Assembly (NCBI RefSeq): GCF_009914755.1
Contig: NC_060931.1
Direction: 5' to 3' (one strand)
DNA: 64,000 bases
From: the human T2T-CHM13v2.0 reference genome, Homo sapiens
The notes below the pieces were generated by a model. The model ran no database searches and had not been told where the DNA came from. It saw only the letters and a program-made list of their open reading frames with translations. The translations under genes were made by a program, and so were the position numbers. Shown here piece by piece: positions 43,926 to 58,629 of this stretch (positions are counted from its first letter, which is position 1; every line of letters begins with the position of its first letter).

Positions 43926-46334
43926 GATATTAATAGATTTTTGAAGCAGAAAATGTATAATTGTATTATCATTCTTTCAAGTAATATATTAAGAACAAAA
44001 ACTCCAAGCTTAAATTTATTTGATTTGAGAGTGAGAGATCTAAAATATGGTTCCTTAAGATTAAAATAGCAACAGCAACAACAAAACTCTTTCATCATGG
44101 AATCATAGTCACAACACTTTACAGGTGAGTAAAGGAGGCCTTAAAAATTCAGTCTTTGAGAGCAAAGAGAATAATTTACTAGAGCCAAAAGTTCCTGTGC
44201 TTCTATGTCTAATATTAAGGTACAATTCTTAGTCCATAGTATTGCCATTTGGTTAATATCTTGATAGTAAATATTAAGTTAACATTTAATTATTAAGCAA
44301 TATTATTAATTAAACCAAATGTTAAATCTGTTTTTTTTGAAAAAGCTTGAAATTCCCTTACAATGTAAGATGTCATAACTTCATTATATCAAGTCTAAAA
44401 GCAGGCAAACATGAGGTATCAATTTCACACCTGCCTATTGCCATGATCAAACAACCTATCTAAAAGAGAATGAGGCCTTCATTTAAGGTTTATTTAAAGT
44501 TGGAAGCTTGGTATTTGCCCCAGAAAAGGTAGAAAGTGATTAAATGAGAAAGCAGCTTAATTCTTGCCATTTTCATTGTCTTATCTGCAGTTCTTTCATT
44601 CATCAAAGATGAGACAACATTTTTCATGGTCAGCCTATTCACTAACATGCTATGGAGTGAGTAGTGAGCAATATTAGCGAAAGAAATTGGGTTGTTTGCT
44701 TTTCCATTTCCTTTGTCTGAAGCACACCAATCCCCAATTCGATTCTGATGTTGAGCACTTCAGAGGGCTTCCGGCTGGCATCTGGACAAAGCCTGAATAT
44801 GTGGAGAACAGATTCAGTCTGAGTTGACTGCTAGGCTCATTTCACCCTAGATTGGCTAAAGGTGGCAAGTTCTGCCACCAAGAGAAGGTTTAATAGTTTA
44901 GATAGGTGGGAAAGAAACTAATGAATTTATATGATAATCAAAGAAGTATGTTACATTATTGAAGGATCAGGCCTTAGAAGCATCCATCCAAAGGCCATGC
45001 AAGTATTTTTAGGATTGTGTTTCTTACACATTATCATGGAGGAAGAAATAGGAAAACAAAGTTTGTTAAAGATGTGCAAGAAGAAACAAACCAGAATATA
45101 CCACTTTTTCCTGATTGGTAGTGTTCTCCCTTCACTTCTAGGCCAGATGGCCCCAGATTGATATCACAACAAGAGGCTTGAGATCCACAATTAATTACGG
45201 AAGCTGCGGGGAAGCAATCATAGTGGGCACCTCTCAAAGAAATAGATGTCAGAGGAAGACAGTTTGGTTAGACCTAGGATTTCAGAGGACAAACTCATTA
45301 CACTGAGCATTTGCAGTACTTAATACATTAAGTAATAACAAATAATCAGCCTTTTTAGGAGTCATGGCTTCAGTGGACTTTGAATAGGCTTTGAATATTG
45401 TCCTGACATTAAAAAATTTGCATATAGAAGTTTTAGATCTGATTTAATGCTTGTTAGGTTAGTCATCCAACTGTTTCCAAAAAGACTTTTTAAAATACGT
45501 ATCTGCTACTAGAAATATTTAGTGTTGATTTAGAGAAGTTTACTATCAGGGTGTTAAATATTTATTTGATGCCTGCGGAATGATTAGGTTAATGATCTGA
45601 GAAGGCTGCTATGGGTCGTGTATCTGTTACAGAATTCCTGTGATTTTAAAATCACACAAATGCTGACTTTTGATGGCTTTTGCCCTTGGTATATAGCAGG
45701 TTATTTTTGGAAAGTTCCAAACAATTAAAGAATTAGAGCTGATTTCAATGAATAAGGAAAGATGGATATATGTTGTTCAGGTTCTGTGGGTTGCCTACAT
45801 GTTATCTAATTTCATTACTAGCAGGACTCCACTTTTGTTTGAGAAGTAGGGAGGCTAGTGGAGAGGGGATTGGGTGAGCAAAAGTTTTACTGATACCTAG
45901 TTTGTAAAAAAACAAAACAAAAACACCCAATCTATTTTCTAGGCTCTTTTTCAGCTTAGAGTGGATGTGTTCCGCAGTTCTGGCCAGTAAGTTGGAAGTT
46001 GAAGGCTTCCTGCCTTCTTTGATGTTCTGCCACTCTGATTCTTGGCCGCTAGTTTTCCGGACTCTGCTTGTCCTGATAGCTGCAGCGTTGCCTTGGTTTC
46101 CTGTGTGGGAAACCAAGGACTTTTTCTGATTTCAGCTCTGTTCAGACCTCTAGAAATTGCCCCAGTTCAGGCCTCTCTCCCTCCCTTGTTTCCTAGCCTT
46201 TCTGATGTATATTCTATTGGGCTTGGGTTGGTTTTCCAGATCGTGTCTTTTCCTGTCTGTGATGTAGTCTGAGTGCATTCCCTTTGCCTTGGCAGTTTTC
46301 CACTTCAAGGGCTCTCATTTACTATTCTGAAGGC

Positions 46335-46560
46335 GGCATGGGGTAGGACTCCAGAACAAAGTCAGACAGACCTGGATTTGAATCTTATTATACTTAATCT
46401 CCCTGTTCCTCAGTTTCTTGAACTGTAAAAGAGGATGATAGTATAGCTCAGGACTTTGATGTGAGAATTAAATGAGGTAAAGCTTGTGAAGCAATTGGCC
46501 CAATACCTGTAATGTAAGCATTCAGTACCATTGAAATGATATGTTAATGATGATTATGCT
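46335..46560 (+). mobile_element. MIR
   Basis: agtcagacagacctggatttgaatc...cctcagtttc...gtgagaattaaatgag. Confidence 0.8.
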
Positions 46561-46669
46561 AAACCAACAACAAGCATTGAATAGGATTGTTTTTTCCTTT
46601 CTAAAGAATAGGAATCTGAGACAGTTTATTCATAAAGTATCAGAACTGGTGCCAAATCTGCAAATCTAA

Positions 46670-47010
46670 ATGTTCCCTGAGCAGTAACCATGTTGGTCTC
46701 ATTCACTGCTGTCTCCCTAGTATTTGACATAGGCCCTGGCATGAAGGCCCTGGCACATAATAAGAAAAATAGTTAACATTTAGTGAGCACTTAATTTGTA
46801 TCAATTTTTTCTAAGTGCTTTACATATATTGACTCATTTCCTCCCAGAGGACAAGAGTAGGTATTATTACCTGCATTTTGCAGTTAAACTCAAACTCAGA
46901 GAATTTATGTAACTTGCACAAGGTCACACAGCTCTTAGCTGGCTGAGAAGAATGCCAGTAGTCTGGTTCCAGAGTTTCACTGCCTGTCAATAAATATTGA
47001 GATGAACAAG
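46670..47010. mobile_element. L2 3' end (+) interrupted by a MIR (-) at about 46765-46985
   Basis: L2 attcactgctgtctccctag...ctggcacata, then MIR aacttgcacaaggtcacacagct, then L2 tcaataaatatt. Confidence 0.6.
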
Positions 47011-48499
47011 GGAAGAAAGGGAGAGAAAAGGAAGAAACCCAGGTCCTGAGTCCTTGTGCTGGGCATCAATCGTGGTAGTTGTGCTGTGGAATTCGTTTTT
47101 TTGCTGCTACTTTAGCTGGGGTGTCAGCCCTGAATGGATGACTTTGGGGAGAACTGCAATGCCCTGTTTATTCCCTGGGGCTTCTGTAAGGGCAGTAGTA
47201 AAGGAGGGGGTACGTGAATTACCAGCCATAGACAATACATCACTAACAGAATGGTACTGGCTACAGGCAATTCCCAATTTATGGACAGATTTGTTTCCCA
47301 AATTTGTAATTTCACTGTTTGGAACTCAGCATGCTTCACCAATAAATAGCTAAGTTAACCCCTAGAGTAACTGGAATAGTTCTTACGGCCCGGAGCCCTG
47401 GAGAGGCTTGGGGGCTGGGTGGACAGATGACTTCCTGTGTGGACAGGAAGCCAGCCGTGAGGGCTTGGGATGGCCTGAAGGTTTACTATTTTTGAGAGAT
47501 TCATATAAGCCAAGTTTAATGAGTAAGTTTTCACATTATTGGAATGGTCAGCATGTATCTGTGTTAGAGTACAAAGACATTTTCAGGACATATCTTTCTG
47601 TATGTAACCTGGAAACAAAACATTTAAATGAAATAAACGAACTCAACCAACTGTATTTCTTATGCTTGTGATTTTACCATAGGAATTAAGGAAACAAATT
47701 GTATCATTCTTGGCCAATAACAGAGATACTCTTCCATCCCGCCCTCCCTTTTTATTGTGGCAAACAAACGCATAAAGATATTAAAAAAGACACACACGAC
47801 ATAAAATTCACCTTCCTGTTTCCAAGTGTATAGTACAATATTGTCCACCACATATACATTGTTGTGCAACAGATCTCAGACCCACCCATTCCCCACATGA
47901 CTGAAACCCTACATACATTAAACAACAACTCTCTACCTCCCACTCCCTGTCAGGTCGGCCCCTGACAACCACCATTCTACTTTCTATTTCTTTCATTTTG
48001 ACCACTTTAGATACCTCATAAGTAGAATCGTGCAGTGGAATCATGTCTTTTTGTGACTGGTTTATTTCTCTTAGCATAAGGTCCTCAGTATTCGTCTATG
48101 CTGTATAACACATGACAGGATTTCTTTCTTTTTAAAGGCTGAATGATATTCATATATATGCCATACCCTAGTTTCTTTATTCATCTTTGGATGGACATTT
48201 ATGTTGCTTCTTCCCCTTGGCAATTGCGAATAATGCCGCAATGAACATGAATGTGCCAATATCTCTTTGAGATCTTGTTTTTGATTCTTTTGGATATATA
48301 CCCAGAGGTGGGATTGCTAGATCATGTTGTAGTTCTATTGTTAGTTTTCTGAGGAAACTCCATACTGTTTTTCATAGCAGTTGCACTCTTTTACATTCTT
48401 ACCAACAGTGCACAAGGATTCCAGTTTCTCCACATCTTCACTAACACTGATGTGTGTGTGTGTTTAATAGTGGCTGTCCTAATGGGGGTGAGGTGATAG

Positions 48500-49101
<602 letters not shown>

Positions 49102-49678
49102 CAGAAGTTTTAATAAAGTTTTATATAGTTCTACTTTTGCTTTTGTTGCCTGTGCTTTTGGTGTCATAGCCAATAAGTCCTTGCCAAATGCAGTGTTATA
49201 AAGCTTTTCCCCTATGTTTTCTTCTAAAAATTATAGTTTCAGGTCTTATGTTTCAGCCTTTAATCCATTTTAAGTAAATTTTTAATATAGTGTTAAATAC
49301 AGGCCCTATTTCCCTCTTTTATGTGTGGTTATCTAGTTTTCTCAATATTATTTGTAGAAGAGACTATATTTTCACCCACTATGTAGTCTTGGCACCCTTG
49401 TTGAAGATAATTTGACCATATATTTGAGGTTTATTTCTGGGCTCTCTGTTCTGTCCCATTGGTCTACATATCTGTCTTTATGCCAGTACCATACTGTTTT
49501 AATTACTGCAGCTTTGTGATGGGTTTTGAAATCAGTAAGTGTGAAGTCTCCAGCTTTGTTCTGTCTCACTGTTTTTGTTCTTCTGGATTCTCTGAGGTTA
49601 CATATGAAATTTAGAATTTTCTTCCTGTTTTTGCATAACATGCCATTGGGATTTTGATAGGGATTTTAGTAACTCTGA

Positions 49679-50047
<369 letters not shown>

Positions 50048-51233
50048 ACCAGTGGAATTTTGATATAGGGATCTTACCAACACAGGATATCTTCTCATTT
50101 ATTTTTATCTTTTTTTTTTTTAGCAATGTTTTATAGTTTTTAGTGTACAAGTCTTCTACTACCTTGGTTAAGTTTATTACTAAGTGTTTGATTCTGAGAA
50201 CTACCTCTTTAACATTAGCTTATAGAATTGAGTTCATTTCCAAGTTTGTCCTTCCACAATGACACTCTCTTTTTCTGAAATTCAGCCCTTCTTTTCCCTC
50301 ACCAAGAACTACAGCTTTTTGAATAGTCAAAACAATGTTCACAAAGCCTCTTGCACTTTACTTGTAGGAAAGTGCTGTATATCCTCACTTGGAACTTTGC
50401 CTTTAATGTCTTTCTAGCCTCAGCGTTCTTATTTTCTCTAGTGGAGAAGATCATATGTCCCTTATGGGGTTGTTTGAATATTAAATAAGGTAATGGACAC
50501 AAAGCTCTGAGCATAATTCGGGAAACATACTAAGTGTTCACTAAATATCTATTATTAAATATTTGTTAAAATACCTACTTATATGTTTAGTGGATTTCCA
50601 AAATTACAGTAGAGTAGATGTCATAAATTTTGAGGGTAAAAAGGTTATTATGGGAACACACTGTAGCAACAGTGGGAAGTAACCACTGATAGTGTAATCA
50701 GAAGAAAGAGAACAAAAACTATAAATATAAAAGTGATAATAACGCAAAAGTTATAGCCATGTAGTATGGGATCAAAAGAGCTTTCTGCCTGTCTGTAATT
50801 TCTTCTGGCTGAATAAATTTATAATCAAATATAGCAATTGATGTTCATAATGGTGACTTCTGAGTCATCAAGAAAAGATTAAGTTACATGACTGTGCACT
50901 TTATTTAAGAAGGCAGTGGAGTTGGCAGTACAATTTAGAAAGGTTTTCCTTCAAAATAATATGTTTTACTGCTAGCTATACAAACATTCATCTCTTCCAA
51001 AATCTTCCATATGACTGAAATTTTGAAGTACTGGAAATCATGCTAGGTCTTAACTATGGTTATGGGTTAAGAGTGGTGATATCATTAAGACACATTCTTT
51101 TTGCTCTTTGCATGGTCTTATGTTGTGGAGGATTCAGATTTTTTTAACCCCACTCAGCAAAGCAGCTGAGTTAAAGGGAAGAAGGTACTAAATGGCCTTT
51201 GCTCTGCTGATAGTGTCAGGCTGGATGTAAATA

Positions 51234-51956
<723 letters not shown>

Positions 51957-52094
51957 TACATGTTACTCTGGATGGAACATGGCTTAGTAGCCTTTGGGGT
52001 CTCTTCCCTGGGGGTGAGTGCTGCCTCTGGTCCTCCCCCATCTCCTGCCCTGCATGGGAGGCAATATCATACATGGGCTTTGAGAATCTACTAA

Positions 52095-52580
52095 TTTGGG
52101 ATGCTTTGGGCTTTAAATAACTGAAACCCAACTTAGATTGGCTTAAACAATAAAGAAATGTATGAGTTCATATAACTGCAAGTCCAGAGGATTCAGAGTT
52201 GTTTTTAATCCAGTAGTTTCTATTCTGTTGCCCTATCACTCACTTGGCTTTGACTTCCTCTGTGTTTTGGTTTCTCCCTCAGGCTGGTAGTAGTGAGATG
52301 TCTATGGCAGTGCTGGACCTCACAGCTGCACACACTATCCAAAGGCTTACTCTTAGAGGAAATAAACTCCAAGAAGCTCCCAGCAGACATTTCCTTATTT
52401 CTCTCTGGCCTGTATTTTATCACTTGTCCATTTTGGAAATAATCTTTGATACTGGAGAAGGATTAAGTGGCTTAGGCCAAGTTCCTTAACAGGTCACTGC
52501 CAAGAGGATGGGATTATCATGATTGGCTCAGACAAATCATGATTCATTTCGAGACCTGGGGTCAAGACACCTCAATCATA
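52095..52580. mobile_element. Old MaLR LTR (MLT1J/K-like)
   Basis: aactgaaacccaacttagattggcttaaacaataaag...cataactg(c)aagtccagagg; later gattggctcagacaaatcatgattca. Confidence 0.6.
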
Positions 52581-55500
52581 ATGGCTACTGCACTGTTAGG
52601 TAGATGGATGTAGGCTTGTGCACACCTGCTATATAGTGAGTCCTGGGGAAGGATTTCAGGAGTGGCCCTGGAAGGTAGACTTGGGGCAGTTTGGGCAGGG
52701 AATTCTGTGCTAAAAAGAACATATTTAGAAGGGAAGGTGCAGTCTCTTTGTACATCCCCTTGGTTTTATAGACAACTTTCCCTGTGGGGAGGAGTTTGGC
52801 CAGGAGTGGACCCCATTCTGGCCTCTCAAAAGTCAGAGCCCAAGGCAAACGTTTATCTTTCTGGTGTAAGAGCAGTTCCAATGAGCTGTAAGACCACTGG
52901 CAAGTGACAATTCCCCTACAATTCATTTTTCTTTTGTAAAGGAGGAGCAATCCCAGTTATATCCAGTTTATCATGTTGTGAGGTTGAGGTGATATATGCA
53001 GAGTATTCAATAAATGCTAGCTGCTTTTATTGTTCTTGAGTACTTGGTACACAGTTGTTCCCTGGCTCTGTCACTCCCTGATGAGAAAACCTTGGCAAAT
53101 CACTTGACCTCCTCAGACTTCAGTTCCTCATCTGTAAAATATGGACGTGATGGTGGTACCTCAGAGCTGTTGGTACTGTAGTGGGAGGGAACACGTAAGA
53201 CACAAAGTCCACCCTCTGTAGTTGTCTTTGCTGTCAGGAAACCTCAGTTTCTGAGATGAGATAGCGATTCTGGGCTACTGCTGTCCTTCATAATTTTTTA
53301 GGGAAAATTTTCCAGGTAAAATCTTCCTCTGACTAGAAAATTTGTTCATATTTTATAGAAAGTCAGCTTACTAACCCAGAAAGAAATTCTTGACAAGTTA
53401 TCCCTTCTTCTTTTTTGTTTTTCGTTTTTCCTATTTCAAAATATTGCCTTCATGTCCCACTACTCAAGGCAATCTGACAAAGTTGGTCTGGCTTTTCCTA
53501 GGCTTTACTTCACCAAAACTATCCCCGCACCAATGATTAACAGGTGACTATGGCATTAGAGGCTGGAAAACCATCAATGGTGAAAACACCCCCATGTGGT
53601 GTGGTAATTAGGGTACTGATTTTCTTTAAAAAGGCCGTGTCTGAATTGGGTCCCCAGCTAACCAAAGATCAGAACTACAGAGGATTGTATTAATAAGAAA
53701 AATCTGGGTTGGCCTTTCTTGTGTTTCTTTTTAACAGAGCTGTTAATGATAAGTGGTTGCTTATTTGGCCCAACATATTGTTACGATATTAAAAAAGAAG
53801 AAATTGTTTATTAGTGCCATTGAGTAAGTCACTATGCCTGCCTTTTATATTTGATAACAAGCAATTTCAGAAATATCTGGAATATGTGGAGATAATGAAA
53901 TTATTGTGCTGGGGAAAAATTAGCTCTCAAAGCAGAGGCATGGGGTCCTACACGCATGTGCACACACATAAAGCCCATCAGCCAAGATGTGAGTGTTATG
54001 TAATATTTGTGTCCTTTGGTGAACAATTTTTGTTTAATCATAGAAATAACAGATATTTTTATAGTACACAGAGGGATGGGGACTGAGTGTCTTGGAACTG
54101 ATTTGGGAATAATGTACATTTAAACAAATTTGAGCTGTAATTTGAAATCCTTTAAACTGCTAGGTAATGTTGAATTTCCCATAGGCTTTGAATTTGAATG
54201 TAAATTCTAGAATTTGTTCCATAATGAAGGAAAAAATGTGCATTTAATTAAGAAAACATCATTTACAATGTGGCGGCTGTGTTGCTGTAATACTTGTAAT
54301 GAATGCAAGGAAAGGTAGATAATAAAAGAAATAAGATGCTGTCTTCACTTCAGTCTTTCCTCTTAAACCTGTGCCTGTACTAATTTATATTAGTCTAATA
54401 CAAAGTTATTTTTAAGTGGTAATTAGAAAACTCTCTTTTGCTTTGTTCTAGGTGGGTTTTATGGTTGTTTTTGAGTTAAAAAAACAAAACCTGAATTTAA
54501 ACGAGGACTTTCTTCATTTTTTCCCCTCTCCCCTAAGTATTTTTTTTTCTATATCCTAGATATGGGTAAATAAGTGTCTCTTTCAGATAGAATGGAAAGT
54601 TCAGGCTTGCTGTCATGGATAACAAAGCCATGAATGTTGTAGGATGCTACTAAATAATATCCCTACATCTCTTACAGAGTGTCAGATGGAACTTTGATTA
54701 AAAAGTGACAAGATGTAACATCTCCAAACAGTTCAAGTTTTAAAATAGAACAAATCAGTCATAAATAGAAGGATTATTGATTAACTTCTTATAACTGATT
54801 CTGATCATTAGTTGGTTTTCCTAAATAGAAAACATCTGTAGAACAAATGAGTAGCACTGTTAATTAAGTGGGATGAGGATTAATTAAGTGGGACAAGGAG
54901 TAAGTGGGGGTGAGATTTGGTCACCATGGTGCAAGGTGGAAAATGTCTACTTGGCCCCTAAGAGGGGGCCATACGTGTACGTCAGACTATTTTAAAGCTA
55001 GTCCTTTGGGAGAGAGATTAGGGTTTACCCTTTTGCCCTCTTCTCTGGCTTCTGTGGGTCTCTTTAGACATTGTTTACACCGAGGGTCATCTTTCTGGAA
55101 GATGCATGGGACATGCTGATTAATGAGTCACGGAAGCAATCAGCCTTATAATACTGTGTGTTATTGGCAAGAGACCACATATTTTCCTGAGGTACAAGAA
55201 CAACGTCAAGAATGAAATAAATTAGCTTATGCTTATGTAGAGGAGTTTCCGCTTCTACAAAACTAGTCTCTTAATATTGAGAAATAGGATAGGAAGATTT
55301 CAGGACCTTTATTCCACCTGTCCTGAGGGTAAGATTTTAAGACTTTCTCTGTACCAAAGAAAAAGGACTCTTGGGTCTTGGTCATGTTATTGTTTTAATA
55401 AGCACTGTCACTATAGTCACTCAATGAGAAATGTCACCGTATTCATTTCTGTATGTTGAGAGATCAGATACCTTCTGAAACTTACTTGTTGATGGAATAA

Positions 55501-57187
55501 GATATAATTTACACTAAAATACTTCACAGAATATATGGAAAACATGTATGGTATCTTAGGATGAAAAGTCTTTTGAATTTTCCTTAGCTAGCTGATGATT
55601 TTGAACTCAAGGTTAGTTTGTCTGGAAGCATGATATATTTATCTGTAAAAAAGAAACTTTCAGGAAATTGTGTCTGAAAAGAGTGTTAAAGACCTCAATA
55701 TCTCTATTTAGAGTTTAAAAATACAACTTAACTTTTAATTTAACCACTTTTAGTCAATGCTCTTAAAGTGCCCATTCCATAAATCACCCTATCGTTTGCC
55801 AAATAGTTGCCATTTATAGATCAATAAAAGTCCGAAGAGGTTAAGTGACGTTCAAGTAACACAGCAAGTGGCAGGATCAGGAAAAGGTTTGAGGCTTTTA
55901 ATTTCTAGTCTTTTAGCTCTGAGACAATTAGCTGGTTCTGCTCTGAGATCAGCACTATCCAATTTAAATGGAGTCCTCAGGTGTGCTTTTAAAAGAGACA
56001 AAAAGAGACAGTTGTCTGGCCTGGATGACTCTGTGCACTTTTTTGTTTTTTGAATAATGCTTATTATAGAAAATGTCTGATTTAGCAAAACTGTTTATAT
56101 CACTCTTTAAGAAGAAATGTGAAAGTCATCCGAGGAAAGGCTGAATGGAACACATCTGAAAAATGTAAAAAGTTGATTTTTTGAATGAGAGAAAAAATGT
56201 AAAAGATAAAAACAGGCTTCTTTTAGTATTTTTGAGAATAAAGTTTTCAGAACAGCATCCCAATGTACCTGTTTGTTCATTTGTTCCATAGATTTCTTCT
56301 TTGAGAGTATATGGTATCAGTATATATAATTAGACTTTCATTTAAATTTCTAGTCCATTTGTGGATTACCTTACCACTTTGGGGAGTGTTTATATTAACT
56401 ATTCTGTGCCAGTTTTTCTTTGCGGAAAATCTTTCTCTGCTTTTTGCTAAAATAAGTAACAAACAAGAAGCTAAAGATTATAGCTAATGGTCTAGAACAA
56501 AGGATTAGAATCCAATTCTGGCAGAAGCCAAATGAGTTACAGTGAATTTGGCACAGGGTGTAAAAGGAACTAGTCTCTGTTAATTGTATGTTCCTGTTTG
56601 TAAACAGGTGTTTGCCCAAGGGGAGTACACTGCACTTCTTTTCAAATGTTATGGAAGAGTGATTCACTGGAATAGGTGAACATTTCTCAGTTTCACACCC
56701 CGAATACATTATGACAATTCTTTTAGTACTCTGGGCTCAGTGAGTTTTATTAGTAGCAGAAAAGATGGGATTCCAGAAACTGTAGCACCCTCCTTATTTG
56801 GTGTTTCTGAGTTTAACTGGCAGGCTGTTGTCCTTGTCTTTAATTAAATTACTTCTCAACCAAGTGTCTTTGAAGGACAGCTTTTGTGAAATGTGTCAAA
56901 CACTAGGGCTTTTTTCTTTTCTGCCATGAGGCTTGTTGGCAGCAGTGGGAATGAAGTTAGGGGATCAGGAGTACAGTGTTAAACCAGTTATTAAAAGGGC
57001 CTTATTGCCAATTACTGAAGAGGAAAGAAGAAAATAAACACTCAAGAAGACAAAACGAACTCCTTTCCATTGAGATCCCTCTTCCCTTTGCTTGTTCTTT
57101 AACGCCAGCCAGAATCTTGCGGTATTGTTCTGCTTGTTTTAACTATCATGTTTTATTTTGCTCAGCATTTTGGAAATTTCTCTAGAG

Positions 57188-57412
57188 CTGTGGTTCTCAA
57201 TTGGGAGTGGGATGATCGAGACTCCGGGACATTTGGCAAAGTCTGGGGGCATTTTTGATTGTAACAGCTGGGGAGAAGGGAGAGGATACCATTGGCATCT
57301 AGTAAGTAGAGGCCAGTGATGTTGCTAAACTTCCTACAGAGGGCAGAGCAGCCCTCACAGCAAACAAGTATCCAGCCCAAAATGTCCACAGGGCTGAGGT
57401 TGAGAAGCTCTG
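57188..57412. mobile_element. MER20 hAT-Charlie MITE
   Basis: gtggttctcaa...gggacatttggcaa...gcccaaaatgtcca...gaggttgagaagctctg; 8-bp TSD ctcta(g/t)ag. Confidence 0.9.
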
Positions 57413-57529
57413 CTCTATAGGAAGAAATTAAAAGGCATTTAAAAGAAGTGGCCCGTCTCTACAAATTCATAGCCAGTTTGTGCAAGCAGATATTCAAAAT
57501 ATCTCATTTCAGTGCCTTTGCACTGAAAA

Positions 57530-57695
57530 TGAGTTTTTGTTTTGAGCACTTCCTTACTCTCTGGCACTACATGCTGCTCCAGGTTTGTCTTATATATCTC
57601 TTGCCCCCTGCTGGAATCAGCCATTTCTCCAAGGAGCCCTGGTCTTTTTATTGAAGAAACCAAGATCTGGGCATTAGGTGTGCTTATTGGCACTT
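57530..57695 (-). mobile_element. L1MC4/5-like 3' fragment
   Basis: ctggaatcagccatttctccaaggagccctgg...aaaccaagatctggg. Confidence 0.8.
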
Positions 57696-58629
57696 AGTTT
57701 TTTAAACTCCAAAATCTAAGCTTAATTTGTTAATGAGACCAGTTTTTAAAACTTGGTCTTTACCATATATTATATAAGTGTACTTTAAAAATTCTTTTCT
57801 TATGTTTGAGCTTACATGGAACATTCTAATTACCCAAGTAATATTGAAATTCAAAATGAATCTTTATAAGTTAAATGAAACCTGCAATAACATGGATTGT
57901 AAAATGTATTGCTTTTATAATATACTGATGGTGTTTGAGACTACTGTTACTTTAAAGCGACTTTGTTATTGTACACTTTTTACCATATGTAGTTTTATTT
58001 AGTTTTATTTCATAGCCTCCTACAGCTGAAAGGCACTTAATCCTGCCTTGTCTACAAATCGATAATTTGTTCTGAAGTGTGTGAAAATCTGCATAATGAT
58101 GAACCTGGCTAAAAGAGTTCTATTGTGATTTACGTTAAACTGATAGTCCTTCATTTGGGTAATGTTCATATCTCTGTAGAAATTTAAGGTTTAAATTCTC
58201 CTAAGATAGTTTCTGGAATTTCTTGGCTTTATCTTTAACTGCTTTGTTTATTTCAAAAACTGTCTTCTATGCCCATAATTGATTGACGTAACCTGTCAGG
58301 GTTTTCTCTTTAAGTAGCATTGTTGATTTTTAAACCATTTTAGGTACAAGGGAAAATAATTTTGATTTTAAAATGAATATTTTCTCTTATTAAATATTTT
58401 TTATGTACTGAAAAACTCTTAAGATTTAGACAAAATTTTATGTTTTATCACACTTAAATAGACATATAAAGAAAAATACAAGCAAAATAATTTGTTCAAG
58501 GTATTCTTAATTTTTTTTTCACATTCAGAGTCTATTTGGGATCACTTTTAAACATAGAATTGTCAATGTCTGTATTTTTCCAAACATTACTGTCCTCTAT
58601 ATCATCAGAAGTTTTGGTGATGTAGCATT

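Noticed and set aside
54952-54971. tggcccctaagagggggcca as a CTCF site
   Set aside because: The 5' half does not match CCASY; it is only an imperfect palindrome.
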